Positions 36,033-46,829 are shown, numbered from the stretch's first letter. The stretch: 64,000 bases of DNA from an uncultured Planctomycetota bacterium (GCA_963849325.1 CAWKHF010000007.1:128001-192000), one strand, 5' to 3'. Notes: generated by a model from the letters alone, not told the origin. Translations and numbers: made by a program.

Positions 36033-37332
36033 TCATTTCCCGGGAACTTTAAGGACTTTACCCATCGTTTGAGTTAACAAATGTTCGCTCGGCCGCGCCA
36101 GGGCCACGGTCGGCTCGTAGCCTCCTTCGAGGTATGCCTTGTCGGTCGGGATGTAACCGGGGCCGCCGTCGCCGTAGCCGGCCACGCACACGAAGGCGTC
36201 TTTGCGTATCTCCTGGGCCTTGAGCTGGTACTCGATGAACGGCTCGCCCGGCAGGTGCAGCACGACGGCCTTGCCGAAGTCGAGGCAGGTCAGATCGATC
36301 GGCCGATCCTGGCGCTTCAGCCAGGCGAGTTGGAAGGCGGCGTTGCCGCGGCGCGCCTTGACGGCGGCGGCGTCCGCCAACACCTTGCGGCTCTCCTCTT
36401 CGCCGAACGACTTCTCGCGGCGCGGCGGCAGGTGGATCGGTTCGACGCGCCAGTCCCAGCCGGTTAGCGCGTGTCGCTGGGTCGCTTGCCAGGCCGCTTT
36501 CAAGGCGGCATAGACGCGATCGCGCAGCACGGCGCGGTTGGCCCGCGAACCATCGTTGTATTTTCCGGCCGTGACGTTGCCGGCGCAGCCCGTGAAGTAC
36601 ACTTGAAAGACCTTGGGATCGTCGTCCTGCCGTTTCTGCCGCGCCAGGCCGCAGAAATCGGCACTGACCCGGCCGTCGCCGTAATAGCTCATCGGGTGGG
36701 TGGCGTAGTAACTCAGGGCGGCCAGCGGCCGGTCGTCCTTCCAGAAACTCAGCGTTTTCAGCCAGGGATCGATCAGTCCCTCCGGCGCGTCACGGACTTG
36801 CGGATCCTTGGTGGCGCTGTAGCGCGTGAAGCGGACCTTGCCATTGTCGCCGACGATGCGACGATTGGAGGCGACTTGCTCGACCCGCGCCTGACCGAGA
36901 CCCAGATGCGTGAAAGACGAGGTTTTTTTGAGCGATTCTTGCAGGGCGTCGGCGGACTGACCGACGACGCGATCGAAGAATTTCAGGTCCAGCGACGGCG
37001 GCGCGCCGGGTACGCCGTCGAGAAGCCGCTGCGCCTCCACATCGGCGAAGGGAGCGTTGTGAGCATGGATGCAGTGGACGGCGACTCGTTCCGGCGTGGT
37101 ATGCGCCGCACTGCGCCAGGGTCTCGCGCCACTGGCGATTGGCCTTGTTGCGCAGACCGCACCAGTCCACGGCGCACAGCACGACGGGGGCGCCGGCGCC
37201 GAGCAGGACCACGCCCAGCGCCCGCAGAGGGTCGTCCACGCCGCGCACCGGCTCGATCCAGCCACCGCACAGGGGATGGCCCGCAGGGGGCGTCGCAATC
37301 GACTGAAAGATCGCTAGATGAAGTGCCGGCAT
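36033..37332 (-). CDS. Neutral/alkaline-ceramidase-like hypothetical hydrolase; frameshifts near the 5' end
   Basis: TPPAGHPLCGG, VAVHCIHAHNAP, YYATHPMSYYG, FTGCAGNV, HLPGEPFIEYQL, AGYGDGGPGYIPT...GGYE. Confidence 0.7.
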
Positions 37333-37402
37333 GGTTGTTGCTCTCCCAGAGGTAGGGCGGTCGGCGCGGGTTTATCGTATGAAATTCGAGCAGTAAGTTC
37401 CC

Positions 37403-37461
37403 CGTTTAGCCGCGACGCGCAGCGGAGCGCAATGCGCTCCGCTGCGCGTCGCGGCTAAACG
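37403..37461. repeat. REP-like palindrome family A, copy 3
   Basis: Same arms as 31594, loop aat. Confidence 0.95.
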
Positions 37462-37654
37462 AAGGGATTTGTAGACAAGACCTTCCACCATGACTCCGAG
37501 GGGGAGAAAGAAAGTTTTTGTCCGCTCGCTCTTATTTTGGCGTTGTCAGAGATGAGCGAAGTCGCTATAGGGCTGCCTTCTTGTCGGATGATTTCGGGGG
37601 AACGAAGCCGCGGGGGCGCCGCGCTGCGCGGTGGCGGCGGGAGGGGGACTATCC

Positions 37655-38021
37655 ATGACGGCCAATCCGTTGCTCAACCACATCTTGAGCGACGAGCGAC
37701 TGACGAGCGGTTTAGGTGACGCGGAAGCCCGCGTTCTGGTAGAATGGCTGGTGGAGCAGGCGGAAGAGCTGACGCGGATCGCCGCCGCCGCAGAGGCCGA
37801 CTCCGCGGTGCGGTGGCTGTGCCGCCGGGGCAGGGCCGTGGCTCATTTCGTCCGCCTGTGGTGCCTGGAAGAAGCGCGGGGCCGCCGGGCAGCTGGCCGC
37901 CGCCGAACGCTTCGCCTGGCCGCTTCCGGAGTCCAACGCCGATCCGTGCGAGCTGATGCAAGCCATCGTTTCCTGTGAGAGCGATCAGTTCTGGCAACAA
38001 CGCCGTCCCCTGGCGGCCTGA
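37655..38021 (+). CDS. Small hypothetical protein; frameshift near 37880
   Basis: GGAGGGG RBS; MTANPLLNHILSDERLTSGLGDAEARVLVEWLV...; continues as QLAAAERFAWPLP...DPCELMQAI. Confidence 0.6.
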
Positions 38022-38173
38022 CGAGGATCTTTTTATGAAAAAATCTGCTGATTGGGAAAGATAGGGGCTTGTACGAGGGGCTAGAAGTGAATATGGTGGA
38101 GTGATTTCCAGGGTCAACGTCGAGACGTACACCTTTGTTGTTCAGGTAATCCCCGCGGGGATGAGGTGAAGTT

Positions 38174-40300
38174 GTGAACGCCGCGACTAACTCTCCTTCC
38201 AGTCCTTCCGACCTCGAGCAAGAGCGTCGCCGTATCGCCCATCGGCTGGAAGAAGTCGCCAAGCTGAGCGACACCAACGTCCCGCCCGGGGCCTTTTACG
38301 GCGAAATGCTCAAGCGTCTGCTGGAATCGCTGGCCGCCCCCGCCGGTGCCATTTGGCGCGTACCCCACAGGGCAACTTGCAGCTCCAGTACCAGATCAAC
38401 ATCAAGGAAATCGGTCTGGAGCAGAACGAAGAAGTGCGAAAAAGCCACGAGGAACTGCTGCGGCAGGCGGTGACGCAGACGAAGCCGTTCCACGTGCCGC
38501 CGCGCAGCAGCGTCGGCACGCCGGAGCCGGGCAAGACGCCGGCCGGCAACCTCACCGATTACACCCTGCTGATTTCGCCTATCCTGGTCAATCAGCAGAT
38601 GGCCGGACTCATTGAGGTCTGGCAGGGCGCCAATCGGCCGCCGCAGGCCATCACCGGCTATCTGCAGTACATGGGCTTCATGTCGGAGCTGTCTTCGCGC
38701 TATCAGCGCAATCAGCTCATGGGACAGTTGGCCGGCCAACAGCAGGTATGGTCGCAGCTGGAGGCGTTCGCCCGGCAAGTCCACAACAGCTTGAATCCCA
38801 CCGAGGTCGCCTACCTGGTGGCCAACGAAGGCCGCCGACTGATCGAATGCGATCGCGTCAGCGTGGCCGTGCGCCACAGCTCCAAGGCGCGCATCGAGGC
38901 CGTCAGCGGCGCCGACGTGGTCGAAACGCGCTCCAACCTCGTTCGCTTGATGCGTACCCTGTGCGAGCGCGTGCTGAGCTGGGGCGAGAAGCTGGTCTTC
39001 AACGGCACCCGCGACGACAGTCTGCCGCCGAAGGTGCTGGCGGCGCTGGATGCGTACCTGGCCGAGAGCAATAGCAAGCTGCTGGTCGTGCAGCCGTTGA
39101 AGGACGAGCGCGAGAAGGAGAGTAAGCGGCCGGCACGCTCCGCTCTGCTCATGGAGTGCTTCGAGCCGCCGGCCCAGCCGCAGCAGATCCTCGCCCGTCT
39201 CGACGTGGTCTCTCGTCACGCCACGCCCGCCCTATACAACGCCGTCGAGCATCGCCGCATTCCGATGCGCATGCTGTGGCTGCCGTTGGCCAAGGTGCAG
39301 GAGGGCATCGGCGGCAAGGCCAAGGCCATCTCCGCCGTCGCCGTTGCTCTGCTCAGCGTCCTGGGCGCCGCCCTGTATTTCGTGCCTTATCAGCTGAAGA
39401 TGGAATCGCACGGCAAGCTGGTGCCGTGGGCCCGTCGCGTCATCTATCCGCCGGCCAACGGCACCATCATGAAGTTCGAGGTCGAGCCGGGCGACGTCGC
39501 CCGCGAGGATCGACGCCTGGCGACCGTTTTCGACCTTGAGTTGCAGAAGAAGTTGAACGCCATGATGGAGATGATCGCCGGTGCCGAGACGGAGATGCTC
39601 CAGGCGCAGGCGAACGCCTCGACGCACCGGGCTAGCCCAAGGCGACAAGATCACCTACCGCGAGAAAGCGCGGATGCACGAAGACCTGGTGAAACGCAAG
39701 AGACAGGAGTTGTATGAGTTCATTCAGCGTACCAACGCCCGGCCCGATAAGCCTGGCGAATTTGAACTCCGCGCCCCGCGGTTGACGGACGAGGAACGGC
39801 TGCGCGTCATTCGTCCGGAGTGGACCGTCCTCAACGGCAACTTCAAGGAGGAGTGGACCAATCGCATGGCCCGCCCCTCCGATCCGATCCTGCGCCTGGG
39901 CGTCAAGGATGGACCGTGGGAGATCGAACTGCGCATCCCGCAGAAACACATTAGCCAGGTGCTCAAAGCGTACGAACACAATGGCGGTCAGCCGCTCGAC
40001 ATCGAGTTTTTGCTCCGCAGCGATCCGACGCGGACGTATCGGGGCAAGCTGTACCGCGAGAAAATCGCCGGCGAGGCCCTGCCCAACCGCGACGAAAAGG
40101 ACGAGCCGGAGCCGGAGGTTCTCGCCTACGCCAGCATTGATGACGAGAGCATCGATCCGGCCTACCGCCTCTCACGCGAATCGCTGACCAGCGGCACGGA
40201 AATCCACGCCAAGATTCGCTGCGGCAAACATCGTCTGGGATATGCCCTGTTCTACGGGGTCTGGGAGTTCTTCTACGAAAAAGTCGTCTTCTTCTTCTAA
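38174..40300 (+). CDS. GAF-like domain / HlyD-type periplasmic adaptor fusion; frameshifts near 38360 and 39630
   Basis: FARQVHNSLNPTEVAYLVANEGRRLIECDRVSV...IEAVSGADVVETRSN; TM; GKLVPWARRVIYPPANGTIMKFEVEPGD; GTEIHAKIRCGKHRLGYALFYGVWEF. Confidence 0.8.
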
Positions 40301-40402
40301 GAGCCAGGAACACCGAGAAACATCGGCGAGCCGAAGCCAACGGCGCGAGGGCAAAGGTGCCCTCATGCCCACACCCCCGGCTCGCCCCGAGGAGTCGAAT
40401 CC

Positions 40403-42591
40403 ATGATCCGCTGGATAGCCGTCTGTGTGCTGCTGTCGGCGTGTGCCGTCGCCGCCGTTTGGGCGGTCGCCCCGAAAACCATCGTTGAGGACAAGGCTTC
40501 GCCCCCGTCGTCCCCTGCCGCCAAAGCCTTCGAGGCGCAGGGTGCGCCGGCGGCGGATAACAATCCTACACCCAGGGCGCCGGCGACCCTGCCTGGAGTG
40601 CGGCCCACGCCCGAGCTTGTCGAGTACAAGGACACGAAGCAGGCTGCCAGCGCCGAGCCGATCCACATCTATGGCTGCCGGCTGGTCATCGACCCGATCC
40701 AGGAAGTCCCCACGGAAAAGGAAGGCAAGATTGCTATTCATCGGCACCGAAGTGTTGCCCGGCGAGGTCGTGCCTGCGGACAAGAAACTTCCCGAGGCGG
40801 AGATCGGTTTCCTGGCCGTCCCCGTTGGCAAGGATGAAGAAGCTTCACGGACGGGGAGAAGCCCTTCCAACTCGATCCGAATTCCTCGACCCGGTATCGC
40901 CGTCTCCGCGAGACCGATCCGCTAGAGCCAAACAAGATCGCACTGGCTCGGGAGTTCCGGCCTGTCCGCAAGCTCCAGGTCGGCGACAAGGTGAAGCGCG
41001 GCCAGCTGCTGGCCCTGGTCAACCCGCGCAAAGTCGTTCGACGATGTGGCCATGAAGGTTGCCAAGATCAACGCCGCCGAGGCCGACCGCCACTCCGCCG
41101 AGAAACAGAAGAAGGAATTCGCATCGGCGTTGGAAGCTCGGCATGGATGCCAACCGCCGCGTTCCCGGCACCGTGTCCAGGGATGATGTGGAGGCCTGTG
41201 AAATTGCAGCGTGAGAAATACGGTTCGGAGGAGGAAGTCAAGGAGGCCGAGATCATCAAGGCGCAGCGCGAGCTGAACGCGGCCCTGACCGACCTGCGCA
41301 TGCACGAAATCCGCGCCAGCATCGACGGCGTCATCAAGGCCATCTACAAGAACGCCGAGGGCGAGGCCGTCAAGCCGCTGGAGTCGGTCCTGCAAATCCA
41401 GAACCCCGAACGGCTGCGCGTGGAAGGACTGCTGGAAGTGCAGGAGGCGCTCAAGCTCAAGGTCGGCATGAAGGTCATTGTCGGGGCGAGCCGGCCGGAG
41501 GCCCCTCACCTGGTCATCAGCGGGCACCTCGCCACGGTCAACGCCGTCGCCGTCAGCAAGGGCAAACGGCCGATCGTCGTCTCCGGCAGCGACGATGAGA
41601 CGCTGCGCGGCTGGGACGCGACCACCGGCGACAGGTTGTGGAAGTTGGAGGGGCTGCGTCAGCCGTCCGCGCCGTGGCCTGCACGCCGCCGACCGCCAAG
41701 AGCAACCTCGCGCTGTTCGGTTGCGCCGACGGCACGGTTCGCCTGCTCGATTTGGACAATCCCAAGCAGGGATCGCGTGACCTGGCCGAGCGGCATCAGG
41801 GTGGCGTCAACGGCGTGGCCTTCAGCCCCAATGGTGAGGTGTGCGCCACCTGCGGCGACGACCGCACCATTATCCTGTGGAAGACCGAGAGCGGCGAGTT
41901 GTTGCATCGTTTGACGTACCATCGCGGGCCGGTCACGTCGGTGCAGTTCGCGTCGGCCGACCGGCTGGTGTCGGCCGGCCGCGACGGCCGCCTGGCGGTC
42001 TGGGACGTCGAACCGGGCAAGCCGCCCGTCAAGCTGCCGCCGACCTTCGAGGGTCGCACCGCCGAAGTCTCCCAGGTCGGCGTCAGCCCCGATGGCCGCA
42101 CCGTCCTGTTCGACCAGGGCAAGGAACTGCGTCTGTTGTCGTTGGCCGACAAGCGGATCGAGGGCACGGTGCAGAACCCGTCGGACGCCATGAATTTCTC
42201 GACGATGGCTCTGTTCGCGCCGGACGGCAAGACGATCCTGACCAACGGCTCGGCGGCGGCCAAGCTGCAATTGTGGCGGACGCCCGGCCCACAAGGGCGA
42301 GCCTCGGAACTGCGCCAGCTCATCTGGGGCGGGGCTCCGGCCACCTGCGGAGCGTTCGCCCCCGAGGACGGCTCCTTCGCCGTCACCGGCACGCAGGACC
42401 ATAAAGTGCTGCTGTGGACCATGCCGGAGAAGAACGAGATCGAGAGTCGCCTGGAGGCCCACCTGATGCTGGTCGAGAAGTACCTCGACACGCAGTCGCG
42501 GCAGGTCCGCGTCTGGGCCGAGCTGCAGAACCCCGGCTGGCTCATCCCCGGCACTCAGGCCACCATGGTCGTTCCGCCGCAGCAGAAGTAG
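40403..42591 (+). CDS. HlyD-type periplasmic adaptor with an inserted WD40 beta-propeller; several frameshifts
   Basis: Signal/anchor; GDKVKRGQLLALV; EIRASIDGVIKAIYKNAEGEAVKPLESVLQI; WD repeats (SGSDDETLRGWD, TCGDDRTIILWK, SAGRDGRLAVWD); ends VEKYLDTQSRQVRVWAELQNPGWLIPGTQATM. Confidence 0.78.
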
Positions 42592-42602
42592 CTGGAATAA
42601 CA

Positions 42603-42670
42603 TCGTTTAGCCGCGACGCGCAGCGGAGCGCGGCAAGCGACGCGCTCCGCTGCGCGTCGCGGCTAAACGA
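42603..42670. repeat. REP-like palindrome family A, copy 4
   Basis: Same arms as 31594; lies between two co-oriented operon genes. Confidence 0.95.
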
Positions 42671-42685
42671 GAATCGGTGACATTC

Positions 42686-45250
42686 ATGGATACCACCACT
42701 CCCGCCAAAGACCTCGAACGACGCAAGCAAGTGCGCGTCCGCCTGCGCCGCGACCTTGCCATCGAGGCGCAGAAGTACGAAGGCCGCACCTTCCACGTCG
42801 TCAAGGATCCCGTCAGTCTCCGCTACTACCGCCTCAAGGACAACGAGTATTACCTACTGCAATTCCTCGACGGCCAGCACACCCTCGAAGATGCGCAGAA
42901 GGAGTACGAGAAGCATTACCGCCCTGACCGCCTGAAGCTCGAAGACGTGGAGTCGTTCGCCCAGCAGCTCATCAACGCCGGCCTGGCCCAGAACGAGTCG
43001 CCGTGCGCCGGCAAGCAGCTCTACGACCAGCGGCAAAAACGCCGCCGCTCCGAGTGGATGCAGACGCTGACCAACATCCTCTACATCAAGATACCCGTCT
43101 TCGATCCGGATCGGCTGCTCAAGCGCATGATCCGCTGGCTGGGCTGGATCTTCTCGATGTGGTTCTTCGCCGTCAGCGTCGGCGTCATGCTGGCGGCGGC
43201 GATGCTGGTGATGACCCACTTCGAGACGTTCCGCTCCAAGCTGCCCGATCAGAACCTGTTCTTCCGCTTCAAGACCGTCGTCTATCTGTGGTGCGCCCTG
43301 GGCGTCGTCAAGGTCATCCACGAGTTCGGCCACGGACTCAGCTGCAAGGTGTTCGGCGGCGAGGTCCACGAGATGGGGGCGCTGTTTTTGTGCCTATCGC
43401 CGGCGCTGTACTGCAACGTCTCCGACGCCTGGACGCTGCCGAACAAGTGGCATCGCATCATCATCAGCGCCGCCGGCATCTACGTCGAGCTGGTCATCGC
43501 CGCCATCGCCACCTTTGTCTGGTGGCACACGCCGGCTTATCCGTTCGTCAACAACCTGGCCCTGAGCCTGATGGTGGTATGCAGCGTCAGCACTGTGGTC
43601 TTCAACGCCAACCCGCTGATGCGTTACGATGGCTACTACGTCCTGGCGGACTGGCTGGAGATCCCCAACCTGCGCGAGCGCTCCAATCGCTTCCTCAAGC
43701 ACCTGACGCTGGAGCACTGCCTGGGTGTGGAGGTGCCGCCCGAACCGTACATGGCCCTGTGGCGGCGCATCCTGTTCGTGACCTACGCGGTGGGCAGCTA
43801 CATCTACCGCTGGGTCGTGACCTTCACCATTTTGTGGTTTTTGTATTCGTTCTTGCGGCCGTACAAGCTGGAAGTCATCAGCCAGGTGCTGGCCATCGGC
43901 TCGGCCGCGTCGATGGCTGGCTGGCCGCTGTATCGACTGGGCAAGTCGATCTACCGACGTGGGAGACTCCCTGACATGAAGAAGTGGCGTGTGGTGGTCA
44001 GCGCCGCCGTGCTGACGGCGCTGCTCCTGTTCGCCTGCCTGGTCCCCGTGCCCGTCAGCCGCATTCGCGCTCGGGCCATGCTCCAGGCAGACCCGTCGGC
44101 CTCCGGCAAGGTCTACGTTCGCCACGCCGGCATCCTGACCAAGCTGTACGTGCGGCCCGGCGATACCGTGGATGCGGGCGACGTGCTGGCCGAGTTCTCT
44201 GACCGCGAACTCGACGCCGATCTGCTCAAGGCACGCATCGAGCGCGATCATGCCGCCGAGCAGATCAAGGTGCTCGAACAGCGAAGGATGCGCAACAACG
44301 ATCCCGCGGAAGTCGGGAAGATCAACGAGGAGACCGCCAAGCTGGAGTCCCAGCGGATGGACGCGGCAGTTCGCGTGGCGGCGCTGGAGAAGGTCCACGA
44401 TCAGGATCTGGTGTTGCACGCGCCTTGCTCCGGCGTCATCGGCATGGCTCCCTCGATCGAGGACGTCAGTCGCTTCTTCCAGGACGACCCGAGCGCGCCG
44501 TTTTGTTCCATCAACGAGCCGGGCCGCGTCCGCGTGTGCGTGCCGCTGGAGACGCCGGAGTTCAACCGCCTCAAGGAAAACCTGGAGCAGCTGTCCGACG
44601 CGGCGACGGCCACGCGCAAGCTGATGAAGAAGCGCGTCACCGTCTCTTACGACAAGACGCGCCTGGCGGACGTGCTGGCCGATCTGCAACATCAGGTCAA
44701 GGGGTTGCACTTTCAGCTAGACAAGGACGGCGGCGTCTCCGAGAGCCTGCCCGTCTCGTACCAGGCGAAGAATCAACGGCTGGGATGGGTGCTGGACGGG
44801 GTGTTCGAGAAGCTGGGTCTGGGCTTCGTGCTCCAGTCCGAGCCGGACGGCGAGCACGACGGCTGGCTGCTGGTGCGGGCGGGTCGGGAACGCGGCGAGC
44901 CGGAGGGCGGCCGGCGCCTGGCCGATCTGGACGTGACCATCCGCATCCAGGGCCGCGATACCCAGACGTGGAAGGGCAAGGTCCGCCAGCTGCCCGAGTC
45001 GGAGGCCAAGTCGATCCCGCTGGCCCTGTCCAACCGCGGCGGCGGGCCGGTGGCCGTCAAGGCGGCCGCTCCCGGCAACGCCTTGATCCCGTCCACGCAG
45101 CATTACCTGGTTTATGTCGATCTCGTCGATGCCGACGCGTCGATCCTGCCCGGCGAGATGGCCCAGGTGAAAATCTACTGCCAGCCCGAGACCTGCCTGC
45201 ACTGGCTCTGGCGCACGCTCAATAGCACCTTCGATCTCGGTCTGATGTAA
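42686..45250 (+). CDS. PqqD/RRE-like + M50 (site-2) metalloprotease + HlyD-type adaptor fusion
   Basis: N-terminal VVKDPVSLRYYRL...LLQFLDGQHTLED...FAQQLINAGL; HEFGH (HExxH); NANPLMRYDGYY; GILTKLYVRPGDTVDAGDVLAEF; LHAPCSGVI. Confidence 0.85.
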   Translation: MDTTTPAKDLERRKQVRVRLRRDLAIEAQKYEGRTFHVVKDPVSLRYYRLKDNEYYLLQFLDGQHTLEDAQKEYEKHYRPDRLKLEDVESFAQQLINAGLAQNESPCAGKQLYDQRQKRRRSEWMQTLTNILYIKIPVFDPDRLLKRMIRWLGWIFSMWFFAVSVGVMLAAAMLVMTHFETFRSKLPDQNLFFRFKTVVYLWCALGVVKVIHEFGHGLSCKVFGGEVHEMGALFLCLSPALYCNVSDAWTLPNKWHRIIISAAGIYVELVIAAIATFVWWHTPAYPFVNNLALSLMVVCSVSTVVFNANPLMRYDGYYVLADWLEIPNLRERSNRFLKHLTLEHCLGVEVPPEPYMALWRRILFVTYAVGSYIYRWVVTFTILWFLYSFLRPYKLEVISQVLAIGSAASMAGWPLYRLGKSIYRRGRLPDMKKWRVVVSAAVLTALLLFACLVPVPVSRIRARAMLQADPSASGKVYVRHAGILTKLYVRPGDTVDAGDVLAEFSDRELDADLLKARIERDHAAEQIKVLEQRRMRNNDPAEVGKINEETAKLESQRMDAAVRVAALEKVHDQDLVLHAPCSGVIGMAPSIEDVSRFFQDDPSAPFCSINEPGRVRVCVPLETPEFNRLKENLEQLSDAATATRKLMKKRVTVSYDKTRLADVLADLQHQVKGLHFQLDKDGGVSESLPVSYQAKNQRLGWVLDGVFEKLGLGFVLQSEPDGEHDGWLLVRAGRERGEPEGGRRLADLDVTIRIQGRDTQTWKGKVRQLPESEAKSIPLALSNRGGGPVAVKAAAPGNALIPSTQHYLVYVDLVDADASILPGEMAQVKIYCQPETCLHWLWRTLNSTFDLGLM

Positions 45251-45271
45251 GCGAGACGTAGTTTCCAACCT

Positions 45272-45335
45272 CTGAGCGGGGGGCTGACGCCCCCTGAGTC
45301 TTGCAAGACTCAGGGGGCGTCAGCCCCCCGCTCAG
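45272..45335. repeat. Perfect 64-bp palindrome (REP-like)
   Basis: ctgagcggggggctgacgccccctgagtcttg|caagactcagggggcgtcagccccccgctcag. Confidence 0.95.
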
Positions 45336-46429
45336 CGTTGCAACACGTCGGGACGCACGAACTCGGCGCCCTGAATGCGGATGCGCTTGAGCGGCCATAC
45401 TTCGGTCGGCGTGACGATCTTCGGCCCTTGCTCGGTGATGAGGAAGGTATCGCAGCTGGACGCGGCGCCGGCGCTGGCGTTCCAGATGACGCTCCAGCCG
45501 GCCTGGAACAACTCCTCCGTCTGCGGCATCAGAGGCATTTCGATGGCGGCGCGGCCGGTGAGGTAGCCTTGCGGCGCCAGTTGCCATTCGTGCTCGAAAC
45601 CACTGATGAGATAAATGCGCCGCCCGGCCAGGAGAATCTCGCGCGGCACGGCGTCCGGCCAGGTCGAGGCGAGATAACTGGCGCTGACCCGGCACACCGC
45701 ATTGTGGTCCTGGCGAAGATCCGCCGGCGGCTCGCCGAAGCACACCGCTCGGCTGGCCGTGACGTAGACGCCATACTTGCGGGCCGTCACCATCAGCACG
45801 GCGTAATGTTCCAGCGTCGCCGACGTGAAGCCGAAACGGCGATACAGGCGCGAACGACCGTCCACGGCGACGCCGACGTGCAAGGGCAGGATGCCGCGAT
45901 GAATGAGGCGATGACTGACGTGGCCGGCGATCTCGCGTTCGGACTCGCCCCGCGACAGCGTGCGGCAGGTTGCTTCGAGGGCGTGTGCCAGGGTCTGTCC
46001 CACGGCCAGTTGGCAGGCTTGTTCGTAGGCCGTCAGACGGCGGCGCAGGCGGCGCATCGGCTCGGCCACGTTGACGACGCCGGGACAGGGCCGATCGCAG
46101 GCTACCTTGCGGTTCTGACACAGGTCGGCCAGGATCTGATCGCGGCCCCAGTGCCAGGGCCATTCCTTCAACTGGAAGCCCAGGCCATCGACTTCCTCGT
46201 CAAAGAGGCGCAGCGAATCGACGTTGCTGGCGATGATCCAGCGATGTTCGCCGTTGCAGTAAGCGGCCGGCTCCGCGGCCGGGTCGCCCAGCCCGCGCGA
46301 CATGGCCCCACCCGTCAGCCAGGCGAAATTGGCCGGGTCCAAAAGCAGCAAGCCTTCGCATCCGACTTCCTGGAGCAGTTCGGCCACCCGCGCCACCTTG
46401 GCGTCGATGTCGGCCCGCCGGTCCGACAT
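45332..46429 (-). CDS. M24-family (Xaa-Pro peptidase-like) protein; start may lie upstream at GTG 46486
   Basis: LLLLDPANFAWLTGG, LRLFDEE, RRRLTAYE, GESEREIAG, ARKYGVYVTASRAVCFG, IWNAS..DTFLIT, RPDVLQR. Confidence 0.75.
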   Translation of the reverse strand: MSDRRADIDAKVARVAELLQEVGCEGLLLLDPANFAWLTGGAMSRGLGDPAAEPAAYCNGEHRWIIASNVDSLRLFDEEVDGLGFQLKEWPWHWGRDQILADLCQNRKVACDRPCPGVVNVAEPMRRLRRRLTAYEQACQLAVGQTLAHALEATCRTLSRGESEREIAGHVSHRLIHRGILPLHVGVAVDGRSRLYRRFGFTSATLEHYAVLMVTARKYGVYVTASRAVCFGEPPADLRQDHNAVCRVSASYLASTWPDAVPREILLAGRRIYLISGFEHEWQLAPQGYLTGRAAIEMPLMPQTEELFQAGWSVIWNASAGAASSCDTFLITEQGPKIVTPTEVWPLKRIRIQGAEFVRPDVLQR

Positions 46430-46829
46430 GGCGTCCACGTGAGTTGCACCGGCGATGAGAGTGGTGGGTTGCACAAGCGTTTCCACAGTCACGTCAGGGC
46501 CCTCGAAGCCTTTACCTAGACCACCCTCGTTCGACAAGGAACGCGGACGCTCTCTCGACCCGGACAACCTCGTCCGCCCACTCTGCCCGCGCGTCTCCGG
46601 GCGACGGCACTCCTTGGGAGCTTCGGCCGATGGCTTTCGGGACCTCTCTGTGAGGATACCACGAAGCCGCTCCGAACCGGAATCCTTTTCTCCTCGGCAG
46701 GCACCCGTCGTGGCGCTTCAGAGCGCGGGCGTCCCGCCCGCCGGATGCCGGGAGAGAAATGTTGTCCGTCCAGCGAGGCTTCCGTGGTAAACTGAAAACA
46801 CGCCTTGGTCCCGCATCGAAAGGCCATCC

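Noticed and set aside
31594-42670. Repeated palindromes as a CRISPR array
   Set aside because: Copies are kilobases apart, are inverted pairs rather than regularly spaced direct repeats, and no cas genes are present.
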